Position numbers and translations under genes: made by a program. 64,000 nucleotides of DNA from a virus, in the IMG/VR virus record IMGVR_UViG_3300047650_000023. One strand, written 5' to 3'. This document shows, piece by piece, positions 60,745-64,000 of the stretch. How positions within the stretch are numbered: the first letter of the stretch is position 1; every line of letters starts with the position of its first letter. The notes beneath the pieces were generated by a model. That model searched no databases. It worked only from the letters and a program-made list of their open reading frames with translations, and was not told where the DNA came from.

Positions 60745-61305
60745 TTATTCTTGATAATATGGTCTTAACTTATTAGCTAAATCAATAGCATCATTTAATA
60801 AATCTTCATTAAATCTGCCAAAACACTTATTTTTACCATTAATATAAAACATTACAGACCACTTTTTATTTTTATTAATCCAGTATACATTTTTACAACC
60901 ACTTTTACTACGACTTAAATTTTCATTTTTTAAACATCCACAACTTTTTACATTACTATTAAGATCAATGCCTTTTATAATACAAAATTTACCACAATCG
61001 CATTTACATAAAAATAAACTACATCCATGATCTCCTTTATAATCTAATCTTTCAAGAACATTTAATTTTCCAAATTTCTTTCCAACTATATTTTTAGTAC
61101 GTTTTTGTCTTTCTTCCATTACTTCACGATACAAACAACCGCACGATTTTACCTTCCCATTTAACAACAATTCTCTACGAATAATTTTTTTATTTCCACA
61201 ATCACAAACGCAATTCCAAAAGCTATGCCCATTTTTACGTCCAGCATAACTAATAACTGTTAATCTATCAAACTTCTGATCAGTTAAATCTTTAAATTCA
61301 CTCAT
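60745..61305 (-). CDS. AP2-domain DNA-binding protein (homing-endonuclease-related)
   Basis: Two DLT.QKF.RLTV...W.CVCDCG...KSCGCL repeats plus SGCKNVYW...KW AP2. Confidence 0.8.
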   Translation of the reverse strand: MSEFKDLTDQKFDRLTVISYAGRKNGHSFWNCVCDCGNKKIIRRELLLNGKVKSCGCLYREVMEERQKRTKNIVGKKFGKLNVLERLDYKGDHGCSLFLCKCDCGKFCIIKGIDLNSNVKSCGCLKNENLSRSKSGCKNVYWINKNKKWSVMFYINGKNKCFGRFNEDLLNDAIDLANKLRPYYQE

Positions 61306-61418
61306 TAAATATCACCCTGCTTATAATATTATTATACAATTTAATTATTTATGCCATTATAATTAAAATTTTATATAAAACATTATTTTTTATATTATAA
61401 AACGTAGATTTGCTTGTA

Positions 61419-61652
61419 TTAATCCCAACGTATATTTGCAAAATTACCTTTTCTTTCTTCCCTTATATTTTGTAATACTAAATCCCATTCTGTTACTATC
61501 TTTAAATTATCTGCTCTATGACATACACCATATTTAAACTTAATTTCATTCATTGAATTTTTCAGATTAAAACCAATAACTTTTCCTATAATCCACCCTG
61601 TACTTATATTTTTACAATAATCACCAACTTTAAAACCTTTATATTCTTCCAC
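61419..61652 (-). CDS. Hypothetical protein
   Basis: 77 aa, between motifs at 61397 and 61668. Confidence 0.6.
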   Translation of the reverse strand: MEEYKGFKVGDYCKNISTGWIIGKVIGFNLKNSMNEIKFKYGVCHRADNLKIVTEWDLVLQNIREERKGNFANIRWD

Positions 61653-61700
61653 GATTTTTCACCTCTTATAAAACACAGGCTTTATAAACACTTTAATTTT

Positions 61701-61916
61701 TCATTGATTAAGCTCAACGATAATTTTATAATCTTCTCCTGTTTGAACAGAATCACCAAATTTATTTCTTTCAAAACTATCAAACTTTTCAACAACTTTT
61801 ATATAATTTAACATCCATTTTTTGATTTGTTTTAATCTATCTTTATTCATTTTCTTATTCCTCATCAAAGATACAATTGATCGGCTTATAAATTCCAATC
61901 TTGAATTTGACCACAC
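61701..61916 (-). CDS. Hypothetical protein
   Basis: Likely start MNKDRLK. Confidence 0.5.
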   Translation of the reverse strand: MWSNSRLEFISRSIVSLMRNKKMNKDRLKQIKKWMLNYIKVVEKFDSFERNKFGDSVQTGEDYKIIVELNQ

Positions 61917-62128
61917 TTATGTTTCTTTGAATTTAATCTAACTTGTTCACCACAATAACTACAAGAATAAGTATATCGATGAACCAATTCTTTTTTATCA
62001 CAGCACCATGTACATTCATCACTTACTAACGGTTTTTGAGGTGTTATTTTATACAACTTATCTTGTGCGATATTCAATTGATTGTTAAGATTTTTAACTT
62101 TATTTTCTAAATATTCTCTTGTTAACAT
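61886..62128 (-). CDS. Zn-ribbon hypothetical protein
   Basis: CSYCG...HKCGQ. Confidence 0.6.
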   Translation of the reverse strand: MLTREYLENKVKNLNNQLNIAQDKLYKITPQKPLVSDECTWCCDKKELVHRYTYSCSYCGEQVRLNSKKHKCGQIQDWNL

Positions 62129-62150
62129 GTTTAATTCTCCTATAGCCTTA

Positions 62151-62567
62151 TTACAGGCTACACACCATTATATTAATATCTGTATCACTAAATATATCCT
62201 CGATTATTTCTCTTAATCTAGACCATTGTAGACGGTCTAAACCGCATCCAATCTTCGGCATAGCAAGATATTTTATATCATCGTCTACGCAAAATCCTTT
62301 CATTTGTTCAAGTGTAAATTTAAGTGTTTCATAAGTAGGTTTATTCCAATATCTATCTTTCGTGACTAAATTAAATACTCTACCAATACAAATAGTGTTT
62401 GGATATTGACCTGTACCAAGAGCAACCAATGTATCTCTAAGTTTAAATCTCTTTTGAAATTCAATTGCAATACCTGCACCTAAAGCATAATCGGATGATA
62501 TACAATGAGCAAGATAATATTTATCTGGTATATCAAATAAGTTTCTTTTTTCTTCTGTTAAAGTCAT
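62151..62567 (-). CDS. Macro domain protein (Poa1p/DarG-like ADP-ribose hydrolase)
   Basis: LAHCISSDYALGAGIA.EF, VFNLVTK, LAMPKIGCGLDRLQW; start MTLTEE at 62567. Confidence 0.9.
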   Translation of the reverse strand: MTLTEEKRNLFDIPDKYYLAHCISSDYALGAGIAIEFQKRFKLRDTLVALGTGQYPNTICIGRVFNLVTKDRYWNKPTYETLKFTLEQMKGFCVDDDIKYLAMPKIGCGLDRLQWSRLREIIEDIFSDTDINIMVCSL

Positions 62568-62668
62568 TTGTTCTACCTCTTGTTGATTATGTTTTTCTTT
62601 ATATAGTATTTCTTCAATAACAAAAACAAAATCATATTCTAATTCTTTTTCTGAAATATTTAATATAT

Positions 62669-63011
62669 CTAACCCAAATTGGCATATAATTCTATGCAAA
62701 AATTAAAATCTTCTTCTAACCACATATCAATATGTCTATCACTTATAATATATACAATATTATCAAGATCACCATATGAAGCATGATAATTCATAAATAT
62801 ATTTGGTTTATCAATAAATTTCTTTACATTATCGCATATCGTAATTTCGTTACAAATTGATATAATATAATCTCTATTATTTTCAGTATCCTTTAAATTG
62901 CGGATAAATTCTATATCTTCACATATCCTCTTTTCTATTTCTTTATTGATTTTATCAATAATCTTATCAACCTTTTCTTGTCTAATACTTTTTTTCTGAT
63001 ATTTTACTCAT
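62669..63011 (-). pseudogene. Hypothetical gene with one extra base in an A7 run
   Basis: Removing one base at 62989-62995 gives a continuous ~113-codon frame MSKISEKSIRQEKVDKII... Confidence 0.6.
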
Positions 63012-63031
63012 GTTATTTAACCTCCACTATT

Positions 63032-63448
63032 TTATTTCACAAACAACGCTAATATTAATAATACTATTTCATGTAATCTATGGTCAATACCAATATGCAT
63101 AAATCCAAAATTCTGATAATCATTTATCTGCTCAACCGACATACCTTTAAACCTCATTATTGCCTTTACAGGGATACGAGTATCTATAAGAGTATGAGTA
63201 ATAAACAATACTAAAAAGACTAGCCAGAACGAATGTATAGGGCTACCAAACACTATCCACAATGTAAATATAGAAGTCAATATAGCGTAAATAAACGAAT
63301 GACTACTAACTGCCAATAAACTTAACCATTTATTATTTCCCTTACTCCATTTGCTTTTATTTACAGCTTGCCAATTCCATTGAAATACCCAATCTACAAA
63401 CAAACCGATTATATATGTTACTATTAGAAACTTGATATTTATATTCAT
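63032..63448 (-). CDS. DUF3307-like membrane protein
   Basis: DWVFQ...NKSK...HSFIY...ITHTLIDT...GIDHRLH. Confidence 0.8.
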   Translation of the reverse strand: MNINIKFLIVTYIIGLFVDWVFQWNWQAVNKSKWSKGNNKWLSLLAVSSHSFIYAILTSIFTLWIVFGSPIHSFWLVFLVLFITHTLIDTRIPVKAIMRFKGMSVEQINDYQNFGFMHIGIDHRLHEIVLLILALFVK

Positions 63449-63469
63449 TTATTATCTACCCCTTATTAT

Positions 63470-63874
63470 TTATTCATAAAACTTTATTAATTTATCAATT
63501 TGTCGATTTAAATAATCAATATCAAAAGAATTATCTATAACAACATTTACAACTTGATATTTTTTATAAAAAGACAATTGAGAATTAATTCTTGTATTTG
63601 CCTCGTCTTCCGATAAATTATTTCTATTCATCAATCTTAATTTTTGCGTGCTCTCATTAACATAAATCAACCATATTTCGTCTATAGATATTCGTTCAAA
63701 TAATTTAGTTTCAATAAACAAAGGAATATCTAAAACAATTATATCATTTGAATTTTTACTCTTATATTGATTAATGATTTTTACAATTTCAAATTCAACT
63801 TTAGGATGAATAATTTTATTAAGTTTTTCTAATGCGATGTTATCATTAAAAACTATATCACTTAATATTTTTCT
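63470..63874 (-). pseudogene. coaE: 3' part of dephospho-CoA kinase, interrupted by an IS
   Basis: RKILSDIVFND..ALEKLNKIIHPKV...VLDIPLFIE...RLMNRNNLSEDEANTRINSQ; the frame breaks at 63875. Confidence 0.8.
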
Positions 63875-64000
63875 GGTAGCTCATCGAATTTTGTGTAAAT
63901 AGAATTTCCATCCAGACAGAAATCAGTACAGATTGGTTTTGATTTCATATGAAATCAAGGTTGTGGATTTCCCCTTATTGGCCGTACTTCTGGAAGTGAT
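63875..64000. mobile_element. End of an IS256-like insertion sequence
   Basis: GGTAGCTCATCGAATTTTGTGTAAAT resembles IS256-family terminal repeats (TGTGTAAA core); GC content jumps; an ORF ends at 63923 on the minus strand; 20-bp palindrome at 63939-63958. Confidence 0.55.

Overview
The whole 64 kb window is one segment of a large, very AT-rich SPbeta-like temperate phage or prophage of a low-GC Firmicute (probably Clostridia). Essentially all genes are on the minus strand. In transcription order (right to left) it holds five parts. (1) An IS256-like end interrupting a dephospho-CoA kinase gene, followed by small accessory genes. (2) A ParM/ParR partition pair, then two pilin-like membrane proteins and a VirB4/HerA-like ATPase. 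(3) A lysogeny-switch-like block: XRE regulator, orphan MazF, catalytically degenerate tyrosine-recombinase-fold protein and DUF262 protein, resembling SPbeta yopR/yopQ. (4) Long arrays of small accessory ORFs, including homing endonucleases, two DNA methyltransferases, a radical SAM protein and an amidoligase. (5) An SPbeta-type replication block (SSB-like, AAA ATPase, helicase, primase, PD-(D/E)XK nuclease, DnaE, RecD2), followed by a sigma factor and NAD-dependent ligase. The main unexplained signal is a degenerate 18-bp palindrome, ATMRAA-N6-WTYKAT. I found about 43 copies by eye, almost only at gene junctions of the accessory arrays, and saw none at the junctions inside the replication and lysogeny blocks. 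Five copies carry a pair of NrdR-box-like elements exactly 13 bp away. This looks like a gene-cassette (integron-like) architecture. Also present: an invariant 11-mer exactly 19 bp upstream of the -35 of seven promoters, two candidate structured RNAs, AUA/ACG starts and several broken genes. All calls come from reading the sequence and the ORF track; no database search was run.
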